Below, piece after piece: positions 38,292 through 51,847 of a stretch of DNA of 64,000 nucleotides. The DNA is taken from the NCBI RefSeq assembly GCF_009914755.1, contig NC_060933.1. One strand, written 5' to 3'. Both the position numbers and the translations under genes were made by a program. The notes beneath the pieces were generated by a model. That model saw only the letters and a program-made list of their open reading frames with translations, searched no databases and was not told the origin of the DNA. Source of the stretch: the human T2T-CHM13v2.0 reference genome, Homo sapiens. The stretch's first letter is position 1; the number at the start of each line of letters is the position of its first letter.

Positions 38292-38655
38292 TGATACGGT
38301 TTGGCTGTGTCCCCACCCAAATCTCATCTTGAATTGTAGTTCTCATAATTCCCACCGTGTCATGGGAGGGAACCTGTGGGAGGTAACTGAATCATGTGGG
38401 CAGATCTTTCTCATGCTGTTCTCATGATAGTGAATAAGTCTCACGAGAGCTGATGGTTTTATAAAGGGGAGTTTCCCTGCACAGGTTCTCTTGCATGCTG
38501 CCATGTAAGACGTGTCTTGATTCTCCTTCACCTTCTGCTATCATTGTGAGGCCTCCCCAGCCATGTGGAACTGTGAATCCATTAAGCCTTTTTTCTTTAT
38601 AAATTACCCAGTCTTGGGTATATCTTTATTAGCAGCATGAGAACAGACTAATACA
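38292..38655 (+). mobile_element. THE1-family (MaLR) solo LTR, TSD ATTAG
   Basis: TGATACGGTTTGGCTGTGTCCCCACCCAAATCTCATC...GAACAGACTAATACA, flanked by ATTAG on both sides. Confidence 0.9.
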
Positions 38656-39923
38656 ATTAGATTTTTGTTTGTTTGTTAACAACAACAAAGAAAGGCTGAC
38701 ATGCTTACAGGCCTGTTTTCAGGATACTTAAAAGTGAATTTTCAGTATTTTCAGGTTTTCAAAACTTAATGTAAAGGGAACAGCAAAGGTATTTAATTTT
38801 AACTCTGTAGAATGTCATTTTGTGTCCCCAAAGTTTTCTAATTTTATTGCTTTATAAAATTCAGGTTTTCAAAATAATCTCAGAGGAGCTAGTCTTCTAC
38901 GTTACTGACTTTGGGAATGAAATAGTAAATAGCCTTTATTTGTAGCCCTATTTGAAAATAATTTAAAAGTGCTTTCTTAAAACCCTTATCTGCAATGATT
39001 ATTGTACACATCATGACTGAAGTTTAAGTGTGGCTCACACATACATGCTTAGTTGAGCATGTTTACAAGTAACTTTGGGGTACAATTTGGAGGCCTTTTT
39101 AAAATGTGGGATCTTAGAGACCAAGTTAGGCACCAATGTAACTCTTGGGACTTTAAGGTTAAAACAAAACAGCCTATAACAGTAAAAACAATAGTTTTGT
39201 ACTTTAGGAGCTACATGCACAAAGCAGGCAACATGGATCATCTCTGAAAAGAGGCAGCCTCACGATATATATCTCATAACAGAAACACTGCAAATGGATC
39301 ATATTTTGTGAGTAATTAACAAGGTATCAAAATAATGTCATACAAGTGAAGAAAATCACACTTGCATCACAGTTGAGCTGACAGCTCTTGTCACTCACAG
39401 TGTGGGCCCATGGGACATTACCCCTTAACTCAGAGAGAGCTGAGCTCCCTGGCTAGTTAGCTGAGCAACTTGGGATTATATTAAGTGAGCAAATGGCCAG
39501 AAACCTTCCCAACTACCCTTCCCACGACTACAGAGTGGGGTTCTGGAGCTGGTGTTGAGATATAAATGCAGTCCCAGCTGTGTGCCAAGAATTCAAATCT
39601 CAAGGTCAAGAATGAGAGGTACTTGACAAATTCTTGCACTTCATATACTCCTCATCTTTGAATTAATTCATTTTTCCTACAAATCAACAGAATGTTCACA
39701 GGGGGAAATTATTCCATGCTGAATAAATACAGTCCATATGAATGAACTTTTCATTTAGTAGTAATTACGTTTTTTTAGTATGTCACTAACTATGAGTTAT
39801 AAATTAAAACCTGTTTAGCCAGAGAGGATAATTTTACAGTTAATGTTTAAAACAGAATTGACTAACTGAATTTACTCCATGAAGAAGGCAGGTTTTGAAA
39901 GTTCTACCAGATGCAGATATAAC

Positions 39924-40221
39924 TTTTTTTTTTTTTTTTTTTGAGAAGAGTCTGGCTCTGTCACCCAGGCTGGAGTGCAGTGGCACGATCTCATTCACTG
40001 CAAGCTCCGCCTCCACGGTTCACGCCATTCTCCTGCCTCAGCCTGCCGAGTAGCTGGAACTACAGGCGCCCGCCACCATGCCTGGCTAATTTTTTGCATT
40101 TTTAGTAGAGACGGGGTTTCACCATGTTAGCCAGGATGGTCTCGATCTCCTGACCTCATGATCCGCTCTCCTCGGCCTCCCAAAGAGCTGGGATTACAGG
40201 CGTGAGCCACGGCGCCGGGCC
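39924..40221 (-). mobile_element. AluY-like
   Basis: Full reverse Alu. Confidence 0.92.
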
Positions 40222-40677
40222 AGATTATCACTTTTTAATTTTTAAATCTGTAGCATTTATTTATTCACTGAAAGTAAATACCAAATGTACTAGGGCAAAC
40301 TGTATGTAGAAATATTATTTTTCCAGGTGTGACCCTATGATTCTTCTCAGCCAAAATCTTTGTAAAATTATGGCACAGCTAGCATAACTGTGGTTGTAAT
40401 ACTTATTTGAATTAAATGTTTTTCTTGTCTAACCTCCATATTTCATTATGTCCTTCTGCACACATCTTCATCCATCTTTATGATTCAAACTTTTCTAGCA
40501 GAAATTACTTTTTATTTTCTCTGCAGAACATGTGGGGTTGGGTGGCTGATGAATAGTAACCTGGCAAATTCCTCTGCCTGGAAAAACATCATCCAACTGA
40601 TGGGTGTGGGGTTGCAAAAGCGAGCTTGATAACTATTAGCTGAGCAACTTGGGATCATATTAAGGTAAAATTCATAA

Positions 40678-41039
<362 letters not shown>

Positions 41040-41201
41040 AAGATGAAGTTTTCTAATCCTCATAGTAATTATGACTATTTCATTCCCTCTCGAAAGATAA
41101 CAACAACAAAAAAGAGAACGGAATGCCTTTTTCCAGCTGTCTACATTTGCTTTCTTCAACTTTGAAAACAGGCAAGCTAAAGTGACCTAGGATGGCCCTT
41201 A

Positions 41202-41435
<234 letters not shown>

Positions 41436-42669
41436 TTACTATATGAAGACTGCTGCTCCCGCTTGTTTATGGACATCGGTATGATGCGATGAGCTTCACC
41501 ATTCATTAGAGAGGTGAGAAGGGGCAAGGTTAGAACTGATCAAATTTAAGATAATACCTGGAATTCAGAATAAGAAATTATGGGGGAAAATTCAGATCTA
41601 AAATTCCTATAACAGGAATTATTTCCCAACCAAGTGAAAAGAGGTTTGGCTTCTTTTGTGAAATCTCATCTAAGAAATAATCATGCATTTTAGCATTATG
41701 TAGTGTAAGTGAAAAAAATTAAAGTGGAGGTTAAATTAAAATAAATGAAATCATAGGCCAAATTTTATTTAGGATATGCTGTGAAATGTGAAAAATGCTA
41801 CCTGAAAATATAATTGTGTACTACCATTTATCTAAAATATGTTAAATATCTACCCTATAGGTGTTTTTGTGTGTTGCGATGTATGTATATTTGGGAGTAT
41901 TTAAAAACGTATTTTTTTATACTGACTGGGTGGAAATACCTAGATTTGCTTTTCTAGTAACACTTTCTTTGGTATTAGGTACTTTAGTCAAATATATAAC
42001 TAAAGATTAAATTCTAATGTTAACAACAACACAAAAAGTAACAGGACCTAACACACTGTTAGGGTACATAAGGATAAAAATTTGCAGTCCAGAATGTTCT
42101 ATGAATAGAAAGAGATAAAATAGACATTTGATTATTTCCAATATTAGAAGTTAAATATTAAAAGTTTCACTACAACCGTCAGCTAATTTCACCTAAATTA
42201 CAAATGGCAATGCTTATGACATCACTTCCCTTTACTATGTGGGCTTGTTTTGTGAAACAAGAACAGTACTTATAAGAAGCAGTGGTGAGTGCCTGACTTT
42301 GACGTAAGCAGTATTACTCCACACCAGTCCAAGCATATAGGAAAGTAGTGTCTTGAACTTACTCCCACCCTCTGAGTTACAATATATAACCTAATAATGG
42401 AACTGTAAGTTTGAAAAGTAAGGAAAAGGATGAAAGTACACACTCTAGTTAAAGAAAACACAATAACTGTAAAATCTTTTTATTTAAAGACAACTGTTTG
42501 TAGAAAGAGTCATATTAATTCAGAATAAAATCATAAGGCATTTGTCTAAGTCAGGAGTCTGCAAAGGTTTTCTGTAAAACGCAGATAGTAAACACTTTTG
42601 GTTTTGTGGGTCACACCTGGTTTCTGTTGCATGTCCTTCTTGTTATAACCCTTTAAAAATACAAAGCAG

Positions 42670-42994
<325 letters not shown>

Positions 42995-44059
42995 TCATTT
43001 CGGCTTATATAATATGCCATAGACCGTGATTTGTCTACCTCTGATCTAAATGAATACTTAATTTTAACATACAAATATGAAAGAGGCACCTCATTTCATA
43101 ATGGTGTAATGCCAATGACAAGAGAAATTGAATAACTAAATTGTATATTATGAAATTATATAGCTTTTAAAAATTTTATCCTTTGCCTTATTTTAAAAAA
43201 GAAGCCTGCTTATATTGATTCTGTAAGTATTGTCTCTTTCAAACTTGTGAGATATAATTTCTTACTTTCTTTTCCCAATCATTCAAATATTAGGTATTAA
43301 ACCTAATATTGGCATGACACTTTGAGTCCACGCAAATACCCTTTTCTCCAAAGATTATAGTAAATATACATCAATATTTATCACTAGAGGATTGAGTTTT
43401 CTTTACAGTGTTCACTAAAATGAAAAAAATGAAGTATAGAATTTGTACTTATGTGTTTTTCATTGACCTCTCTTTGACCTTATACTGTTAATCACTAGCA
43501 CAATTTCAAAAAATAGTCAATGAAGATTCCTCTTACTGGAATAAATGAAGCACCCCTCAATGCCTGTACTCTTATTTCCTCCCTGAAAGTTCCATAAAAA
43601 TTAAATGTTGTGTTTAGATTTCTATTTTAATAACTGAAGCTTTATCTCTTTAACTTTAATATTTTCTGCTTTAGATTTCTAAAGTAAAAGCCTCCCTCAT
43701 ATTTAAGGCTTCTTTTTAGCTTATCGAAACTATACATAACCTCACAGACACTTGGAAGTTTAACATTTAACACCATATTTGTTTAAAAGTTTGAAGACTA
43801 AAATCTTTTATATTTTTATATTTACAAAAGAAATATAAGTTTAAATGGTACAGCAGAACCTTCTGAAGAATGGGATAGAGAGTGAACTTTGTATAATTCT
43901 GCATCTCACTAATCATTAAGAAATAAACACATTAAGTTAAGAATTAAGAGGATTATTAATTCAATAAATATTTTCCAGTAATGAATTATAGGAATATCAA
44001 CAGTTCTGCTAATCTTTCTTTCACCATGTGGTGTTTCCTGACACATAACTTAGGTTATC

Positions 44060-44362
<303 letters not shown>

Positions 44363-44853
44363 AGGTTATTCTTAAAAGAAAATGAATTCAATAACTCTGT
44401 TAGAAAAAAAAAACTAAAATCCAGGTGTCCCGCAAAAAGTTATGAAACTTTCAGGACAAATTCTAATCATAAAGTACTGCATGGATATGAAATCAAACAA
44501 ATAAAGATATTAAGACCCATGAAAATTTTAGCCCGGTTATTTTAACTTGTGTAAGCATATGAGGTTGGCAAGAAAATTGTCACTGTGTGTTATTGCAGTG
44601 ACAGACTTCAATGCAATGTTGCCACAAGTTCTCAGTCTAGCAGCTTCCTACAAGAAGGATGTGAGGACTGGCGACACAACAGTCAATTTTGTATTCTCAA
44701 TATCATGGAAGGAGGCATGGCATTGAATAGCAGAAAGATTCCATAAAGGTAAGTTTAAAAGAATTTGACCTTCAGTCAATCTCTATTTCAGGCATGAATG
44801 CAAAAAAATGCAGGCTATATGCACAACCTGCAACCGTACAGAGTGCTGCTTGA

Positions 44854-45346
<493 letters not shown>

Positions 45347-45429
45347 TAACATTTTCCATTTATCTGGCATCAGGAAATTGGTGGGTTTTTCTTCTTCTTC
45401 ATTTCTTCATATTAACCTGGCTACCCATG

Positions 45430-47088
45430 GGTAGAGTCAGCAGGGCAACATTAAATAGAAAAAAAAAAAAGATGCCCCCATACGATGGCCTGAGAGTGGA
45501 GACCAGTGACTCAAAAGCAGAAGGCTGGTTCCAAAACATCAAACTTCTGCAGTCTCAGCTTCAGGTGAGGAAGGCAGCTCTCACTCAGGGAAAGAGCCAA
45601 AGTTAGAAACAGTGCAGCTCTTGCCAGTCATTGACCTAAGGCCAGGCGGCTCCTCAGATGACCTGCAAATTGGGGACACACCACGGCATGCAGCAGCTGG
45701 GCTGAAGGATCCTGCTCCCAGTGGATTTTTGCAGGGGACGTTCTGATTCCCTTAGCTGACGAATATGATCCTATGTTCCCTTATGATTATGAGAAAGTAG
45801 TGAAGTGCCAGAGAGAGGAACGACAGACACAGCAGGAGCTAGAAATATGAAAGGAAATAGAAGAAAGGGAAAAGAGGCCTGAAGACAGGCAAGAAGTTAG
45901 GGGAGTTCTGATCAAGGCGACCAAATCCAGATTCTGATGAAGGGGAAGATTAGGAGGGAGAGAGGAGGAAAAGTAGTAGGGTGGAGCTGCCATTGCCCTT
46001 CCCACTTCTCTGGTAGAGAAAGACCAAGAGTCACCCCGAGATTTTCCTTATGAAGAGGATTCAAGACCTCAGTCATGGTCTTCCAAAGCAGCCATTCCTC
46101 CCCCAGTGAAGGAGGAACAGGACAGACTGAGATCTCCAAACCGGCCTAGCAGCTCCTTCCTCGCTAACGTGGTGGGAACGGTGGCGCACAACATCATGCA
46201 GAAGCGCGGCTTCCGGGAAGGCCGGGGCCTCGGGGAGCACCTGCAGGGGCTGCGAGATGCCTTTCCGGTGGGGAAGACTAGCAGATCAGGCGGCAAGATC
46301 ATCGTGGGCGACGCCGCAGAGAAAGATGCATTGAAGGATCAGGTACAAATCCACTGACTGAAATACTTGAGTCCTACTAAGGTGGTCCTACTAAGGAACA
46401 TGGTTGGCGAAGGGGAGGTGGAAGAAGACTTGGAAGTTGAAACCAGAGAAGAATGTGTGATGACATATTTTTCAGTTGATATGGTTTCCTATGAGACATA
46501 GCATCATTAAGGATAAAATAAGTGAAACTGAAAAGAGTATAGTTAATCTAGTTTTCATAATGAGTTCATTCTGTTATGTTTCTTTTTCTTTTCCATTGTC
46601 AATTTATATTGGCTCAGAGAAAACAGGCTTGATGGATAAAGTCCATGGTATTTCCCAATTTTGCCATGAAAAATATGGCAAAGTTGGAAAACGTGTGATA
46701 TGTGAAATTCTTGGTGTCCCTGATGATGAAGCAGTACAGACCTTTTTAGAATTTGAGAGTTGAGTCAGCAATTAAAGCTGTTGTTCACTTGAATAGAAGG
46801 TATTTTGGTGGACAGGTGGCAAGAGGATGTTTTTACATTTGTACAAATTCAGCATCTTGGATTTGGTGGAACAAGTTTGATTTTAAGAACTAGAGCATGA
46901 GTCATCTCTGGTGACCCTTAAATGACCAGCAGGCTGAGAAAAGAAGGAAAAAGGTCACAGCCTCCATGGCTGTTAGATACTGAGACTCTTGGAAGGACCT
47001 CCAAGGTATACGTTGATTGATCCCTTTTCATTTTGTGGTTTTTAAATATTGTATAAAAATCCAAATCCTTTTTAATAAATAAATAAAA
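45430..47088 (+). pseudogene. Processed pseudogene of RBM17 (splicing factor 45, G-patch + UHM), antisense in CNTNAP3 intron 9
   Basis: ATG at 45472 gives MPPYDGLRVETSDSKAEGWFQNIKLLQSQLQVRKAALTQGKSQ (RBM17 N-terminus MSLYDDLGVETSDSKTEGWSKNFKLLQSQLQVKKAALTQAKSQ). Later blocks: LADEYDPMFP, G-patch VAHNIMQKRGFREGRGLG, UHM KVVLLRNMVG/KYGKVGK/PDDEAV. Terminal TGA at 46878-46880. Intronless, early TAG at 45604-45606, frameshifts, A-rich tail at 47074-47088. TSD not identified; 5' end approximate. Confidence 0.93.
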
Positions 47089-47393
47089 TGTGCAGCTGAC
47101 TAGTTTCAATCATTGGTAGATATTATACTGTAGGAATGAAGTTAGTGTCTGCAGCTGTACATATTCAGGCCATTCTAAATATATAAGCTAGTTAGGAAGA
47201 AAATACTGTGGATTTTATCCATCAAGCCTGTTTTCTTCAGGCCAGTATAAAACAAATGGAAAGGAAAAAGAAACATAATGAAACGAACTCATTATTAAAA
47301 CTGGATTACAGGATTAATTTTAATGTTTTCAGTTTCACTTATTTGACTCTTAGTGATGCTATGTGTCATAGGAAACCATATGAACAGAAATAT
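46465..47393. repeat. Non-transposon inverted repeat: arm 1 ~46465-46654, arm 2 ~47199-47393
   Basis: Manual alignment of arm 1 to the reverse complement of arm 2, roughly 80-85% identity. Includes exact AGAAAACAGGCTTGATGGATAAA (46618-46640 vs 47214-47236) and AAATAAGTGAAACTGAAAA. Confidence 0.92.
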
Positions 47394-47745
47394 CCCAAGA
47401 AGTAAATTTGCTTAGAAAACAGAAAAGGGCTTATTAGTCTCTTTCAGTGCACTGCACAGCATTCAAGAAGAATTTGGGTCATGTGGTCTTTAAATTACTA
47501 AAACGAGTAATGAATACTAGCGGAACCAAAGGCTGTTTCTATGTGAAGAAATGATCTATTTTGGGTTTATATACATCAGTAAAATTTAACAACCAGCTTA
47601 TGCTGTTAAACATGGTGGTTAGAGCTGGTGTTTCCCGAAGTTTACTATACAGATGGGTAAATAAAGTTACAAAAGCACACACAAGGAATGCAAAATTCAC
47701 TGGAAAAACTAGGTATGTTAAGAATATTTTAAAAACTAAATTTTA

Positions 47746-48050
47746 GGCTGGGCATGGTGGCTCATGCCTGTAATCCTGGCACTTTGGGAGGCTGAGGTGG
47801 GTGGATCACCTCAGACCAACCTGAACAACATGGCAAAACTCTGTCTCTACAAAATACGAAGAAAAACAACAACAACAAAAATTAGCTGGGTGTGGTGGTG
47901 CAGGCCTGCAGTCCCAGCTACTCCAGAGGCTGAGGTGGAAGAAGTGCTTGAGCTTGGAGAGGCAGAAGCTGCAGTGAGCTGTGATTGCTTCATTGCACTC
48001 CAGCCTGGGCAACAGAGTGACTCCCTGTCTAAAAAAAAGCAAAACAACGA
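47746..48050 (+). mobile_element. AluJ-like
   Basis: Diverged dimeric Alu. Confidence 0.85.
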
Positions 48051-48742
48051 AACACCACCCCCCTAAATTTTATAAAGCAAATCTAAAAGCAAAAATGAAA
48101 ATTGCCTAACAATAGCAAAATGGGACAGTAGAACTGATAAAATGTGGTATATTCATGTAACAATATATACATTCTTTTGAAAAATTAGCAATATTTTTAA
48201 CTGTACATATATGATCTATTTCACAGTAAAAATGAATAAAATTATGATATGCATAAAAATAACACAAAAACATTTCTCACATTAGCATGTATATATTTAT
48301 GGAAATGGGCTCTTGAATAACAGGACGTTATAAAATCTCACCTGTAGAATTTAAACCCTAAAGGTGATACTATATTTATACTTTGACAAATCATTTTCTG
48401 TAATCAACTTTATTTAGTATCACTTAAAAAAATGAATAGTACTTTCATTCTTATCCCTTTTAGTGCTTCCTAAATATTTTACTTTTGAAATGATAGGTCT
48501 TGGATATATTGGCTTGTTTTTTGTTATAAAATCTGTCATCTATAGCAAATGTTTTAATACAATTTGAGGCACATATGCACACCTCGGAATATGAGGAAAG
48601 AAAACAATCAGAAACTTTGCAGATTGACATTGTCTGTTTTCACAGTTGCTCTGTGGAAAGTTTGCTCTGAAGGACTGTTAGAGTTTAGAAAATGAGTTTT
48701 ATAATTTCCATGCTGACAGCCAATTTTAGGGATGAATTTTAC

Positions 48743-49042
48743 TTTTTTTTTTGAGACGGAGTCTCACTTTGTCACCCAGGCTGGAGTGCAGTGGCGCAGT
48801 CTCAGCTCACTGTATAAGCTCTGCCTCCCAGGTTCATGCCATTCTCTTGCCTCAGCCTCCTGAGAAGCTGGGACTACAGGCGCCCACCACCATGCCCAGC
48901 TAATTTTTTTTTTTTTGTATTTTTAGTAGAGACGGGGTTTCACCATGTTAGCCACGATGGTCTCAATCTCTTGACCTTGTGATCCACCCGCCTAGGCCTC
49001 CCAAAGTGCTGGGATTACAGGCGTGAGCCACTGTGCCTGGCC
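48743..49042 (-). mobile_element. AluY-like, TSD GAATTTTACTT
   Basis: Full reverse Alu with flanking repeat. Confidence 0.92.
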
Positions 49043-49837
49043 GAATTTTACTTTCATATTGTGCTGTCTCCAACATAATTTTAAAAGGATTCTGGAAAAA
49101 AAAATAGTAAAATGCAAAACTATACTAATACTCTCAAGAAGCACCTCAAGCATTGATTAGCAAATGTATCTTATTATTTACAGAGTTAAATGACATTTCT
49201 AATGACCAAGGACTTTCTGAGTAAACATCCCTGGGGAGAAGATTTATTGCACCCTTCTGTGACCTCCCCACTCTGACTGCCCTCTCTTAGGCTGCAGTGT
49301 CTCTTGGCTGTACTCAATCATTGACTGAGCTGGCAAATATTCTGTTTATTATTGTCTAGGAAAGGCTGATGCGCTCCCTGACTTGGTAAAATGTTTCACT
49401 GCATCATTACTGGGCAATAAAAATAAGTTGAAATAACCGACTGAGTAAAACTATTAGGCACTTTGGGCAAAGCATGGCCTTTCTTCATGCCGCAGTGGGA
49501 AATCAATAAGATGCTCCAGAGGAGCCGAGTCTCTGGGGATACCTGTATGGTGCAATAAAACCAGCACATAAAGCAGTGGAAAAGGTAACGGCACTCATTT
49601 CGCACTGTTAAAATTCCGTTGGGCAGAATGATGAAGGGAAGCTCCATAAAGGGTGGTCTATTTAAAATCGGTTCCTGAGTGTGATCTTTTATTTAGGCCT
49701 ATCTGGAAGACATGCATTTCAGTCCTTAATCTGTAGTCTTTTTTCAACAACCCCATGAAACAAAAGGGATCCAGCATGGTGATACTGTTTCATGGTGATA
49801 CAACCCCATGAAACAAAAGGGATCCAGCATGATGATC

Positions 49838-50080
49838 CAGCATGGTGATACATAATGATACTGTGTTATTTACCTGGAATTTGGTAAGAGAGCAGATTTG
49901 TAATGACTTCACTCCCCTCTGCCATCAACATGGTAACTATGTGTGATGTGATGGATGTGTTAATCAACTTGACTGTGGTAATCAGAACGCAGTGAATACC
50001 TATATCAAATCGTCACATAGTATACCTTAAATATACAGAATTTTTATTTGTCAAATAAATATTTTAATTTTTTTAAAAAA
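49838..50080 (+). mobile_element. L1MA/MB 3' end fragment
   Basis: TTTGGTAAGAGAGCAGAT...GGTAACTATGTG...ATACCTTAAATATACAGAATTTTTATTTGTCAA. Confidence 0.7.
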
Positions 50081-50199
50081 GGGATTTATGGCAGTGTAGC
50101 AGCAGTGGGTGGTAAGGTCTGGGTCAGGTTCAGCCCCAGGTGGGAGGTGGCGTCAGGGAGGAACCCAGTAAACAGCTCTGGCCTTGCAGGTGTAACACT

Positions 50200-50435
50200 T
50201 TAGGCCTCTGTCTTCCTGAGGCGTTGTTCCTGCATGTTGTCCCAGCGTCTTCCCTCTCTGTGTGTCTCTGCACCTCCATTTCCATTTTTCATAAGGACAC
50301 TGGTCATATTGGATTGGAGCTCACCTTAATGACCTCATTTTAACTTGATTACCTCTGCAAAGATCTTATCTCCAAACAAGGTCACATTCTGGAGTTCATA
50401 TGAATTTGAGGGAAAACAATTCAATCCATAATATC
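50200..50435 (-). mobile_element. MLT1-family LTR fragment
   Basis: ATAAGGACACTGGTCATATTGGATT...TAACTTGATTACCTCTGCAAAGA...AAGGTCACATTCTG. Confidence 0.7.
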
Positions 50436-50817
50436 ATCTCTGAAATAAGGACAACTTTACTTATGCATATACAATTTGGGTTGTGGTTGCTGCGTATCTG
50501 TTTCAAATGGGTTATGGGCTCTTCTCACACTTTCAGGTCAAAGGGGACTTTGGAATCCATAGTGTACCTATGTATGCATGTATGATCATGGATCAGCCTT
50601 CCCATTTCTGTCGCTGTGTCCCTATATGGTTCATGATCATGTATGTTACTTCACTCGAAGGCCATACACAATCCAAACAAAATAAAACACAGAAACTGTG
50701 TTGGCTATTTTGACTTTCTGTTGAAACTATTCTCTTTGGTCATATATATATATTTTAAAAATATTATATATATATATATTTTTAAAAAACATTTTATATA
50801 TATATATATTTTTTTTT

Positions 50818-51025
50818 CCAGTGATTATCCTGCCTCAGCCTCCCAAGTAGCTGGGATTACAGGCACCTGCCATCATGCCCGGCTAAATTTTTTTTGTGTG
50901 TGTATTTTTGTAGATACAGGGTTTCACCATGTTAGCCAGGCTCGTCTTCAACTCCTGATCTCAGGTGATCCGCCGGCCTCAGCCTCCCAGAGTGCTGGGA
51001 TTACAGGCGTGGGCCACCACGCCTG
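50818..51025 (-). mobile_element. Partial Alu between AT-rich (TA)n tract (50741-50808) and (GATA)n
   Basis: Directly visible. Confidence 0.85.
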
Positions 51026-51026
51026 G

Positions 51027-51071
<45 letters not shown>

Positions 51072-51072
51072 T
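51027..51072. repeat. (GATA)n tetranucleotide STR, ~11 units
   Basis: Perfect GATA run. Confidence 0.95.
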
Positions 51073-51199
51073 ATGTAATCTTTTTCAGTATATTCTCAGG
51101 GTGTGTTTGAGGAAAGCTTTTTTTTTTTTTGGCCATTGTCCAAGGGTTTAGAACTGAATGGGAATGTCTGTAAATGGATCTGATGGAGGTTGGAATGTG

Positions 51200-51772
51200 T
51201 ATCAGCTTTTAATCATCACTGTAACAAATCACTAAAATATTCTCTTTATTATCTCTCACTTTAGAAGTGTGGGAGGGCTGGACTGATGACTCTGCTTATA
51301 GTCCTACAAGGACAAAATCAAGGTGCTCTTGGGCTCCTTATGAAGGCCCTAGGGCAGAATGTGTGTCCAAGCACATACAGGTTAGAGCAGAATTCAACTT
51401 CTTGTAGTTGTAGGAGTGAGGTCCCAATTCATCACTGGCTGGTAGTTGGGGCCTCTCAGCAATGTCAGGCTGCCTGCATTGCTCTTCATAGTGCCCAGTT
51501 CATTTTCTAAACCAGCAATGGTGCAGAGAGACATTCTCCTGCTTCTAGTTTCTCTGGCTTCCCCTCACCCACACCTCTCTTCTGTGTCTCTTCTGCCTCC
51601 AACCAGAGTTAAATCTCTTAAGTGCTCATGTGATTACATGGAGCCCACTGCATGAATCACGATCGTCTCCTAAGGTCTGCAACCTTAATTACATCTGCAA
51701 AATCCCTTATGTGATGTAACATATTCAGTTTCCAGGGCATCTTGGAGAGTCATTCTCATTCTTGCTGCCACA
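51200..51772 (-). mobile_element. MLT1-family LTR (old)
   Basis: TGTAACAAATCAC...CAGAATTCAACTTCTTGTAGTTGTAGG...AATTACATCTGCAAAATCCC. Confidence 0.6.
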
Positions 51773-51847
51773 AAATATTCCTCATTCCTTCATGAAATGT
51801 TGTTTGCTTTCATATATTTGTCTCTAGAGAAGCATCAGGTATTTTCT

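Noticed and set aside
46458-46667. Insert in RBM17 copy as a retained parental intron
   Set aside because: It does not end in AG and is explained by inverted homology to the local flank.
49748-49860. Short repeat-spacer pattern resembling a CRISPR array
   Set aside because: Only two units, the spacer derives from the repeat itself, and the context is eukaryotic intron with no cas genes.
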